Assembly: GCA_039589315.1 (NCBI GenBank)
Contig: JBDHHQ010000063.1
Span: forward strand, 1 to 33,787
DNA: 33,787 nucleotides
DNA from: Gemmatimonadota bacterium
Lineage (GTDB): Bacteria > Gemmatimonadota > Gemmatimonadetes > Longimicrobiales > Gaopeijiaceae
Reading direction: 5' to 3'
The notes below the pieces were generated by a model that searched no databases, was not told the DNA's origin, and was given only the letters and a program-made list of their open reading frames with translations. The translations under genes and the position numbers were made by a program. Positions 24,826-33,103 of this stretch are shown piece after piece (within the stretch, counting starts at the first letter, position 1; each line of letters begins with the position of its first letter).

Positions 24826-26929
24826 GGTCGATCCTCGGAGCGGGTGGACGGATCCTACCGGCGAGGGGGCCGCGTCGGGGGCGCCGTCTCGTTGAGTGGA
24901 AGCCCGCATGATGCCATTGTCCGGGCGCGTGCGCCAGGGTGATCGAGTGGCCGCGGCCTTCCGGTGGCGCCGTGGCTCGATCGGGTACGGCCCTCGATCG
25001 GGTACGGTCCTCGAGGGGCGCCGATCCTCCAGGTGGCGCCGATCCTGCAGGGTGCGCCTCCAGGATGTCCAGGGCCTTCTGGTGCTCTCCGGCCATGAAG
25101 TACACCCGCGCCACAATGAACTCGATGCGGCGCCGGTCCTGGTGGTCCTCGGGAGGGCCGTACTCGTCCCGGGCCTGCTCGGCGAGCTCCACGGCTCGTG
25201 CCGTATCGCCGAGGTGGAAGTGTGCGCGGCTGAGGTTGAGCAGCCAGAGGGACGATACGAACCCGTATCCTGCCACGTCGCGACCGCCTCCGTCGACCTT
25301 TGGACGGGCCAGGACCATCAGGGAGTCCGCGTACGTGCGGGCCATGTCCGTTCGATCTGTGCGGTCCGCGAGCTCAGCGATCCAGCCGAGGCGCACGGCG
25401 GTGCGCAGGTCGCTCCTCGGTACGTTCTCCAGCCACTCGTCGAGAGCCGCGTCGAAGTCGCGGCGAAGGTAGGGCAGTGACAGGTCCACCGTCGTCACGA
25501 CGACCGGCGCCCCACTGCGCTCCGCCAGGGACCGGGCGGCGGCGGTATCGCCGCGCAGAGACAAGGCAATGTCGATCAGGTTCACGACGTTGCCCGAAAC
25601 CGCTGCTCGCTGTGCGGCCATTTGTTCCGCTTCTTCAATCCGCCCGAGCATCAGGTACGCAGACGAAAGCAGTCCCTTGGTGAGGTCCCCGCGCGGCTCG
25701 ATGGCGTTGGCCTGCTCGAAGGAGCGGGCGGCCTCCTCCCAGAGATCCATCCTGCGCTCGACTGCACCCTTGAAGAGCCAGGCGTACGCGTCGTTGGGCC
25801 GATCCGCGAGAGCGGCGGCGAATGCATCGCGGGCACCGGGCAGGTCCCGATCCACGTAATAGCGGACCGTCGCACGCGCGACACGCGTCTCGGGAGCCGT
25901 GGGCGCGATTCTCTCCGCTCGGTCCAGAACCGCTCGGATCGCCGGGACGTCCGTCCAGTATCCGTTCGAAAACCCGATCGCGTATGCCCTCGTGAGGCCG
26001 GCCCACGCCAACCCGAACTCCGGATCCAGTCGGGTCGCCCTCTCGAACGCGTCGACCTGGGTCCTCCAGCGGGCGAAGTTGCCGGTGGCGTAGGCATTCC
26101 AGGCATCCAGGTCCTGGGTTGGCCGGCTCTCGATCTGCGCCACGTCACCCGCGACCAGCTGAGCCGAGAGGGCGTCCGCCACGCCCCTGGCCACGTCGCG
26201 CTGGACTGCGAAGATGCTGTCGACGACGAGTCCGTACTCGAACTCCGCGGTCCAGACGCTTTCGTCGGCGGAGGCGCGGATCAGGTTGGCGCTGACCAGA
26301 ACCCGGTCCCCAGCGCGCTGCACGCCGCCCTCCATGACGTACTCGGCGTCCAGCTCAGCGCCAATGTCCCGCATCGACTTTGGGCTGTCCCTGTACTCGA
26401 GCACCGACGTCCGGGAGATGACTCGCAGCGAACGGATCTTCGAGATCTGCCCGAGAATCTGCCCGTGGACTCCGTCGGTGAAGATGGTGTCCTCGGTGAG
26501 TTGGGAGCGGCTCTCGAAAGGCAGGACCGCGACGGAGGGGCGGGGGTCATGAGAGGACGCAGCACCAAGCTCGAGCGCTCTTCCTGCAGCGGACGCCGCT
26601 CCAACTGTCAGCGCCTGATCCGGGCGGTCAGGGGTCAGATCCACCCACAACAGGGCAGCGACCGCAACCACCAGAATCGCAGCCACCGCGAGGACTTCAA
26701 CCGCCGTGACCCGCTGCCGGCCCTTCTCGCCGTGGTACCAGGCGAGGGTCAGCGTCACGAAGGACCCGGCGGCCACCAGTACGAAGACGCCGACCTGAAC
26801 CGAGTCCGGCCATCCCAGCGGGTCGGCTGCCACGTCCATCACCTGGAGGACCACCCACGCTCCCGCCAGGTAGGCGAGAGTCCACTGAACGAGCTTGCGC
26901 TCCTTCAGGCGGGCGAAGAAGGAGGACAC
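24365..26929 (-). CDS. 3-TM-anchored TolB-N-like + TPR protein, paralog 2, 3'-disrupted: homology ends near 25055 and the frame reads through into the next gene
   Basis: GTG 26929 after AGGAG. LKERKLVQWTLAYLAGAW, SVAVLPFES, LRVISRTSVLEY, TPRs. After KALDILEA the family C-cap is absent and ~230 aa of shadow-like sequence follow, overlapping the 24004-24825 gene by 461 bp. Confidence 0.75.
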   Translation of the reverse strand: MSSFFARLKERKLVQWTLAYLAGAWVVLQVMDVAADPLGWPDSVQVGVFVLVAAGSFVTLTLAWYHGEKGRQRVTAVEVLAVAAILVVAVAALLWVDLTPDRPDQALTVGAASAAGRALELGAASSHDPRPSVAVLPFESRSQLTEDTIFTDGVHGQILGQISKIRSLRVISRTSVLEYRDSPKSMRDIGAELDAEYVMEGGVQRAGDRVLVSANLIRASADESVWTAEFEYGLVVDSIFAVQRDVARGVADALSAQLVAGDVAQIESRPTQDLDAWNAYATGNFARWRTQVDAFERATRLDPEFGLAWAGLTRAYAIGFSNGYWTDVPAIRAVLDRAERIAPTAPETRVARATVRYYVDRDLPGARDAFAAALADRPNDAYAWLFKGAVERRMDLWEEAARSFEQANAIEPRGDLTKGLLSSAYLMLGRIEEAEQMAAQRAAVSGNVVNLIDIALSLRGDTAAARSLAERSGAPVVVTTVDLSLPYLRRDFDAALDEWLENVPRSDLRTAVRLGWIAELADRTDRTDMARTYADSLMVLARPKVDGGGRDVAGYGFVSSLWLLNLSRAHFHLGDTARAVELAEQARDEYGPPEDHQDRRRIEFIVARVYFMAGEHQKALDILEAHPAGSAPPGGSAPLEDRTRSRAVPDRATAPPEGRGHSITLAHAPGQWHHAGFHSTRRRPRRGPLAGRIRPPAPRIDHEPQHPPVRSHASPARIAASARERDRSGQRHHRDPHPPSAFGRVHRALRRDGRDVRRVERRRPAAGQEPAGALLGQRRRLPPDHHVREPGRPARRLQHRRTEDAGLPGDAVGSGPRDLSGAVGALPGALPRGPYRRGTRCGPGLGLQLRPRRP
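24963..25064. repeat. Mosaic of short tandem duplications (17-18 bp periods)
   Basis: ctcgatcgggtacgg at 24976-24990 and 24993-25007; ggcgccgatcct at 25017-25028 and 25035-25046; ggtggcgccg at 24963-24972 and 25032-25041; cctSSagg at 25009, 25026, 25044, 25057. Confidence 0.9.
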
Positions 26930-26976
26930 CAGGGGGCTCCTTTGGCTGGACAGGGCGGAGTCGGGGTCCCACGGCC

Positions 26977-27006
26977 AAGATGCGGATCGCCACTCGAAGG
27001 CGGCAA
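26977..27006 (-). promoter_or_regulatory. Putative sigma70 promoter of TPR paralog 2
   Basis: Minus strand TTGCCG, 18-bp spacer, CATCTT. Confidence 0.4.
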
Positions 27007-27092
27007 GGAACCGCCTGGCGCTGGTCACAATTCAAGCGCGACGAGTCGACAACAAAGACAAGGCTCCCGGTCCTTTGGACGGGAGATTCACC

Positions 27093-27608
27093 ATGCCTGG
27101 TCAGGCATCTCGCCCTCTGTGGGTCTCAGCGCTGGCATTCCTCGTCGTTGCTTGTACCGACGCCACGGGCCCGGCTTTCGCGCCGGAGTTCGCCGCTGTC
27201 ACGTTCCAGGACCTCGCTCAGGTCGACTTCCACCATTACCAGTTGGTCGAGTGTGCGAATGGTGGAGACGGAGAGACGGTCGAGCTCACGGGCACACTCC
27301 ACGTGCTCGAGCGGAGCACCACAGATGCGCACGGAGCCGTGCATTCGCAGAAGCACTTCCAGCCCATGGGCATCGAGGGATTGGGCATGGAGACGGGTGC
27401 CATGTGGCGTGGCACAGGCGTGACGAGAACGACCTGGAACGAGGTTCCGAGTGGTGCCACGAACGTCGAGACCTTCGTGATGAACTACAAGATCATCGGG
27501 ACCGCCGGACATTCGAGTCTCATGTGGCACGTGACGGCGCACTTGACGATCGACGCGAACGGGGAAGTCCGAGCCGACGTCTTCACGGAAAGCTTGGAGT
27601 GCTTCTAG
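27093..27608 (+). CDS. Hypothetical beta-rich lipoprotein (~171 aa)
   Basis: ATG after gggag; lipobox LVVAC; alternating beta pattern; Cys at both ends of the mature domain (VECANG, LECF). Confidence 0.75.
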   Translation: MPGQASRPLWVSALAFLVVACTDATGPAFAPEFAAVTFQDLAQVDFHHYQLVECANGGDGETVELTGTLHVLERSTTDAHGAVHSQKHFQPMGIEGLGMETGAMWRGTGVTRTTWNEVPSGATNVETFVMNYKIIGTAGHSSLMWHVTAHLTIDANGEVRADVFTESLECF

Positions 27609-27681
27609 CGGCGGGACGGCTACAGCAATGCCCTGCGCAACTCCGGAGGGACCGTCGGGACCTGGTGGGCTCGCCGGGATA

Positions 27682-29814
27682 TCACGGCGACGGCTGGTGC
27701 CGCGCGAGAAGCGCCTGGAAGGCCGGATCGTCGCGAATGGGGAGCCAGGCCTGGCGGTCACGAAGGGTGTAGTACGTCACCTGTGACGGCACGGCCAGCA
27801 GCCGCTCGAGGTCTTCGACGGCCCGCTCCGCGTCGCCCATCTCGGCGTAGAATTGCGCCCGGCGCCGCAGGATCGTGAGCTGGTCGAATGCGTCCACGTC
27901 CATGGCCATGACCTCGTCCATTGTCGAGCTCGCCTCGTCGAATAGGCCGGCCCGGGCGAGGTCACGTGCCTGTAGTGCGAGCCACCCCGCCTCCGCCTCC
28001 GGCGTGGCGAACTCGGGCCGCAACTCGGCGCGATCGGCGACCAGGGAGTCCCAGTAGGCCCGCGCCCGATCGGTTCGCCCAGCCAGGCGATGCATCATCC
28101 CCTTCTGATAGTGACATCCGGTCCCGACCAGAATCGGATCGGAGATACAAGCAACAGCGGGGTCGTCGGATTCCGGATCCAAGCTGTCGATGTAGGTGTC
28201 CCACTCACCTCCGACCAAGACCTCGGGGCTGTTGATGAACCGGAACTGGATCGTGGCCGGGGCGACGTCGTAGCGCTCCCGCTCTTCGCGGAACACGCGC
28301 TTCGCTCCGTCGATCCCTCCGCCTCTAGCAACCTCCAGCAGAATCAGCTCGTTGTAGATCTGGGACAGGCCGGTGGCGTCGGTGGCCAGCCTGACCGCCC
28401 TGTCGAGATAGGACTGTGCTTCGTCGAAGCGCCGCATATACCGCGCCGTCTGTCCGGCGGTCCGGTTGTTGGCCGCTGAGCGGGGATCGAGCGCGGCAGC
28501 CCTGACTGCCGCGGCGTACGCCTCCTCCCAACGGTCGCGCGCGCGCAGCTCGACGCCCAGGTCGCGGAGGATGGCGGCGTTGCCTGGCTCGAGCTCGAGC
28601 GCCCGCTCCAGATAGCGAAGCGAGTTCCTGGGATCGGCTCCCGCCACCCACATGGCATGGTGTGCCTCGGCCAGGTCAGGGCCGAGCTCGAGCGCCCGCC
28701 GAGCCGCGTCTCTTCCGGCCTCGATGAGGGGAGCCTGCTCCATCAACTCGAAGCGTTCAGCGCTAATCCTCGCCCGTGCCAGCCGGGCATACGCCATGGC
28801 GAACCCGGGATCCAGCGCTACGGCCCGTTCGAGCTCTTCGATGGCCAGCAGAGCGCTCGCCGCATCCAAACGAAACTCGGCCAGATGGAGGTGCTGACTG
28901 CCCTGCAGATAGTGCTCGTAGGCCTCGAAGTTCTCGGTCGGGGGGGCGCCGGCCGCTACCGCGACGGTGGGCGCGAAGCTGGCCTGCAGCGCCGCGGCGA
29001 TGCTGCGCGCGATGTCTGTCTGGATCTCGAAGATGTCCGTGACGGTGCGGTCGTACGTATCGGCCCAGAGGTGCTCGTCGGTCTCGGCGTCGATGAGCTG
29101 GGCCACTACGCGCACACGGTCTTCCGAGCGCCGGACGCTGCCCTCCAGGATCGTGGCCACCCCCAACTCGTCCGCTACGGTGCGGAGGTTCACGGCGCGG
29201 TCCCGGTACTCCATGACCGAGGTACGGGAGATCACCTTCAGGTCCTCGACCTTGGCCAGATGCGCCAGGATGTCCTCGTGCACCCCGTCGCTGAAGAACT
29301 GGCTCTCGGGGTCTTGGTTCATGTTCGTGAAGGGAAGCACCGCGACGGAGCGGGTGTCGCCCGCGTCACTCCGATCTGCCGATAGCCCTGCCGTGCCGGG
29401 CACCGTCAGCATCCGGCCGGCCGTCACGACGCCGAGCAGGGCGAACGCCAGCACGCCTCCGCCGATGGCGTTGCGCCAGGTGAAGAGGCTCCGGGCTTTG
29501 CCAGCTCCGGCGGCCTCAGGGGCCTCTACCCCGGACAGCGCCGAGGAGGCCGAGGTCGGATCTTCCGAGCCCTGCCCGGCGTCGACGGCTCTCCTGGGCT
29601 CCGGACGGATGCCCTCCTGCACGAAGGCCGTGGCCAGGACGATGGGGAGGCCGATCACGAGGAGAGCCAGCGCGAACGCGGGGAACCACTCTGGGAGACC
29701 GAAGTTGTTGGCCAGAACATCGACCACCTGAAGGGCGATCCAGGAGCCCACCAAATAGATGCCGAGCACCTGCCACAGGGAACGGCTGTGGATCTCCTCG
29801 ATGAGTCGCTTCAT
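27682..29814 (-). CDS. 3-TM-anchored TolB-N-like + TPR protein, paralog 3 (~710 aa)
   Basis: MKRLIEEIHSRSLWQVLGIYLVGSW. SVAVLPFTNM..D....FFSDGVHEDIL.HLAKV..LKVISRTSV, LEGSVRR...RVRVVAQLIDA..DEHLWA.TYDR. TPRs; C-cap WLPIRDDPAFQALL. Confidence 0.9.
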   Translation of the reverse strand: MKRLIEEIHSRSLWQVLGIYLVGSWIALQVVDVLANNFGLPEWFPAFALALLVIGLPIVLATAFVQEGIRPEPRRAVDAGQGSEDPTSASSALSGVEAPEAAGAGKARSLFTWRNAIGGGVLAFALLGVVTAGRMLTVPGTAGLSADRSDAGDTRSVAVLPFTNMNQDPESQFFSDGVHEDILAHLAKVEDLKVISRTSVMEYRDRAVNLRTVADELGVATILEGSVRRSEDRVRVVAQLIDAETDEHLWADTYDRTVTDIFEIQTDIARSIAAALQASFAPTVAVAAGAPPTENFEAYEHYLQGSQHLHLAEFRLDAASALLAIEELERAVALDPGFAMAYARLARARISAERFELMEQAPLIEAGRDAARRALELGPDLAEAHHAMWVAGADPRNSLRYLERALELEPGNAAILRDLGVELRARDRWEEAYAAAVRAAALDPRSAANNRTAGQTARYMRRFDEAQSYLDRAVRLATDATGLSQIYNELILLEVARGGGIDGAKRVFREERERYDVAPATIQFRFINSPEVLVGGEWDTYIDSLDPESDDPAVACISDPILVGTGCHYQKGMMHRLAGRTDRARAYWDSLVADRAELRPEFATPEAEAGWLALQARDLARAGLFDEASSTMDEVMAMDVDAFDQLTILRRRAQFYAEMGDAERAVEDLERLLAVPSQVTYYTLRDRQAWLPIRDDPAFQALLARHQPSP

Positions 29815-29879
29815 ACCGTCCAAGAGCGGCCCTCCATGAGCCTCGCCGGCGAACGGGCGCGTTGGGCTGTCATCCTGGG

Positions 29880-29909
29880 AAGATAGGCCTCGGAGCGAGG
29901 GAATCCCAA
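29880..29909 (-). promoter_or_regulatory. Putative sigma70 promoter of TPR paralog 3
   Basis: Minus strand TTGGGA, 18-bp spacer, TATCTT. Confidence 0.45.
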
Positions 29910-30142
29910 GGGACCTCGGACAAGTCGTCGATGTGCCTGCGAGGCCAGGGCCATCACCGGCTCTGGGGTGGAGATGGTGATCGGCCGGGATCGACCCGCT
30001 TCGATCCAGGTTTCGACCCGTTGCGGTGACAGCGCCGGTTCGGGAACTTCCGGAGCGGGATCGCATCGAGAGCCGTAGGTCCACTCCGGGCTCGCGAACC
30101 GTTCGATCGAGGAGATCGACGGGCCGAAAGGACGGATCACCC

Positions 30143-31273
30143 ATGAATCGGGCCCTGCTACTGGCGACCTTGTGCCTCGCCGCGCCGTCCTGCGGGGGTG
30201 GAGACGGAGGCGACCCCGCCTCTCCGCCGGACGACCGCGATCCGGATCCCTATCCCTATCCGAGCGGCAAGGTCTTCTTTCAGTCCCCCCCGGTCGAGCT
30301 CGACCGGATCATCATCTACGAGAGCTTGGGGCTGCTCGCTCCGGATCCGGAAACGCACGGCGGATTCCACCACCAGGACATCGGGGCGGCCGAGCCGACC
30401 ATCGCGGTGCTCGCCCCCGCCGACGGGCAGATCCTGGGGATCGGCAACCGCCCATTCCGGGGCCGGGACGACTACTGGCTGGTGCTGAAGATGAGCACCA
30501 CGATCAGCGTGAAGTACGGCCACATCGGCCGCATCGCCGATCCGGTTCTGACTGAGAGCGGTCCCATAGGGGCCGAGACCCAGGTGCGGGTTCCCGTCAC
30601 TGCGGGGCAGGTGATCGGCTTCGTGTCGCCCTTGTCCGCGCTCGATCTGGCCATCAGCGACACGGACCTGCGGCTCAGCTGGTACTATCCGGAGGACATA
30701 GGCATCGACGATCGCTGGGCAGCCGACATCTTCGACCATTACCGCGACCCAGTCCGTCAGGAGATCCTCGACCTGACCATCCGCCAGTTTCCGCCGCGTG
30801 GTGGGAAGGTGGACTACGACGTGCGGGAAACGCTGTCGGGGGCTTGGTACCTGCAGGGCACGAACCGCGACGAGTTGAGGAATGGGTTCAGCTTCGCGTA
30901 CGATCACATCCACGGCGAGCGAATGAAGATCTTCGACGGCCTCGCGTGGATCGATCAGCACATCGGCCCCGGCTCCCAGTCCCTGTGGACCTTCTGGGTC
31001 AAAGGCAACGGACCGAAGCCCGAGACCGTCAACGTGGGGTCGGGCCGACTGACATACGAGGCGTTTCCCGCTTTTCCTCCGTGGAGAACGATCACCCCGA
31101 CCGAGTGGGTCCTCTGGGACACCACCGGCGTGGAAAGCACTCCGGTCACCACGACCTACCTGGTCGAGATGCTGGCCCCCGAGACCGTGCGCCTCGAGAA
31201 GTTCGACGGCCGCACCGCAGACGAGGTGACAGACTTCACGTCGAACGCGCGGGTCTACGTGAGGAAGCCGTAG
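30143..31273 (+). CDS. Hypothetical lipoprotein with a degenerate peptidase M23-like domain and an unknown C-terminal domain (~376 aa)
   Basis: Signal with Cys (AAPSC) and Pro/Asp linker. M23-like scaffold VLAPADGQI, YGHI, VTAGQVIG; no HxxxD or HxH. Confidence 0.7.
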   Translation: MNRALLLATLCLAAPSCGGGDGGDPASPPDDRDPDPYPYPSGKVFFQSPPVELDRIIIYESLGLLAPDPETHGGFHHQDIGAAEPTIAVLAPADGQILGIGNRPFRGRDDYWLVLKMSTTISVKYGHIGRIADPVLTESGPIGAETQVRVPVTAGQVIGFVSPLSALDLAISDTDLRLSWYYPEDIGIDDRWAADIFDHYRDPVRQEILDLTIRQFPPRGGKVDYDVRETLSGAWYLQGTNRDELRNGFSFAYDHIHGERMKIFDGLAWIDQHIGPGSQSLWTFWVKGNGPKPETVNVGSGRLTYEAFPAFPPWRTITPTEWVLWDTTGVESTPVTTTYLVEMLAPETVRLEKFDGRTADEVTDFTSNARVYVRKP

Positions 31274-31319
31274 AGGGCGGTGTGGCATCTCAGCAGGCGA
31301 GGCCGATCGGGTCAGGGAG

Positions 31320-32234
31320 CTAGGTAAGAAAGCGACTCACCGGCAGCCTCTTCATGGGCACCGGATGCTCCAGCACCACCGCGATGCCCTCGCCATACGG
31401 TCGCAGCAGCCCGGGAAGCGACCACGACGGAGCGTCCAGGGTCTCGTAGCGCTCGGGGAACGCCTGACGCAGTGCGCCGTCGTCCAGCTCGAATCGGCCC
31501 ATCTTCTCGAGCCGCAGCTTCTTCACCTCGGCCCGCGTCGTGGCGGTGACCTTCACCATTGGGTCGCGGGGTACGTAAGGCAGCCCCATGTGGAACGCGC
31601 TGATCACCGACCCAGCGCAGTCCTCCAACGTCGGCTTGTTCTTCGCCCTCACGTGGAGCCGGGCCACGAGATACGTGGCGAAGTAGCCGTAGCGGCGAGC
31701 GGTCGCCAGGACCACGAACGCCCCCCAGCCGTCGGGCTCGAACTCGGCGTCGATGTCCTTCGCGGTCTTGAAGGCGGGAGCGGCGTTCCCCTTGTGCGTG
31801 GGGAAGACGACGCAGTCTCCGGGCTCGAACAGCAAGGGCTCGGGCGCCTTCATCAGGCGGCGTGCCCGGGGCTTCGGGTGGGGGCGGCTCCATTTCTCGG
31901 CAAGGTCCGCTAGCACGCGCTCGCGCTTGCGGAGGTCGGACGCCGACAGCTCCAGCGCCCGCTTCATGTCCAGGTCGGCGTCGGTGGCGATGATCTCATT
32001 CGCCGTCTTCCGCACGCGGGCGTTTTCGAATCCAAAGGTGTGGAACAGATCCGCCAGCGCGAGCCAGAAGTCGGTATAGTCCTCGTCGTCGGGATCTCGT
32101 CCGGCCGGGTAGGCGTCCAGCAGCGCTTCCACCAGCTCGTCGTCCGACATGGGGACGCGGACGAGCTCGCGGAACGTGCCCTTCAGGTCATTGGTCAGGT
32201 CGGAGCTGTAGAGCCCGACGCCCCAAGCCCCCAC
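31320..32234 (-). CDS. DUF4259-like N-terminal helical domain protein with additional C-terminal domain
   Basis: GTG start after ggag. N-terminus MGAWGVGLYSSD...D, FWLALAD, RKRERVL..L. Second domain begins FEPGDCVVFP. Confidence 0.7.
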   Translation of the reverse strand: MGAWGVGLYSSDLTNDLKGTFRELVRVPMSDDELVEALLDAYPAGRDPDDEDYTDFWLALADLFHTFGFENARVRKTANEIIATDADLDMKRALELSASDLRKRERVLADLAEKWSRPHPKPRARRLMKAPEPLLFEPGDCVVFPTHKGNAAPAFKTAKDIDAEFEPDGWGAFVVLATARRYGYFATYLVARLHVRAKNKPTLEDCAGSVISAFHMGLPYVPRDPMVKVTATTRAEVKKLRLEKMGRFELDDGALRQAFPERYETLDAPSWSLPGLLRPYGEGIAVVLEHPVPMKRLPVSRFLT

Positions 32235-32246
32235 GGCTTCTCCGGG

Positions 32247-32762
32247 TCAGTCCTGTTTGACCATGATGCGACTGACGGTGTCGTATCCGAGCGCGGCGTA
32301 GAACGCCTTCGCAGCATCGTTGAACTCGTACGCCTCCGCCTCGAATTGGCTGACGCCATGGTCCCGGGCCCACGCCTCGGCGGCCTGCACGAGCGCTTTA
32401 CCGACGCCTTGTTGTCTCGCTCGCTGGCTGACCACGACATCATCGATAACGGCGTACGTGCGGGGGACAAGAAGCGGGTGGTCAGGAGCGGTGATGATCA
32501 GCACGTACGTGAGCCCGAGGATCCGGCCGTCACGCTCCGCCACGAAGATGGCGCGGTCCCGGCCGTCGATGGCTTCGAGCAGGAAGTCGAGCGTGGGCGA
32601 CGGGCCCGCCAGGTCACCGAAGAGCTCCGGCAAAGCCCGGCGGTGCTGAGTGTCCAGTTCCGCCCAGAGCTCGAGGAGGCCCCGCGTATCGTGGGAGTTG
32701 GCCCTGCGAACGGTGAGGTCGTTGGGTTGGTCGGGACTCGCCTGGCTGCGCTCGTCTGTCAT
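32247..32762 (-). CDS. GNAT-family N-acetyltransferase (~171 aa)
   Basis: VRRA...D, IFVAERDGRILG, motif A VVSQRARQQGVGKALV, motif B NDAAKAFYAALGY. Confidence 0.92.
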   Translation of the reverse strand: MTDERSQASPDQPNDLTVRRANSHDTRGLLELWAELDTQHRRALPELFGDLAGPSPTLDFLLEAIDGRDRAIFVAERDGRILGLTYVLIITAPDHPLLVPRTYAVIDDVVVSQRARQQGVGKALVQAAEAWARDHGVSQFEAEAYEFNDAAKAFYAALGYDTVSRIMVKQD

Positions 32763-33103
32763 CTCGCTCTGTTTCCCACGGAGAGTGCCGGAGTCGCGGC
32801 GAGAGGGACACATTCACGAGGAAGTCCCCTCCAGGATACCGCGGCAGCGTAGGCGGGGGAACGCCCTCGGGCAAGCGCAGCCCTGCGTGACGTTGGGGGG
32901 CGCCCAGGATCGCGTCTCCAGTACCCAGAGGCCTGCGCGCCAGGGTGTGCTTCTACGACCGCGGCTCCGAGCCGGAGGCCGCCACGAAAGTCGACTACTC
33001 TTGCAGGAACAGTTGTTTAGGTGAATAGAGCAGTCTGGCTTTCCAAGTTGTGGCGGCGAATCAGCCGGCCATGCCGTCCCGCCCCCTGAATCGGGAGATA
33101 GCG

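Noticed and set aside
24963..25064. Mini-CRISPR or insertion-element target duplication
   Set aside because: Units are 12-18 bp in tandem with no unique spacers, and there are no cas genes, terminal inverted repeats or transposase.
30043..30120. ECF-like motifs upstream of the 30143 gene (GGAACTT-N16-TCGAG; AAC-N17-CGAC)
   Set aside because: Two competing imperfect matches; too weak to call without TSS data.
32247..32762. GNAT toxin of a type II toxin-antitoxin pair
   Set aside because: No small upstream RHH/DUF1778 antitoxin; the sequence resembles ordinary small-molecule acetyltransferases.
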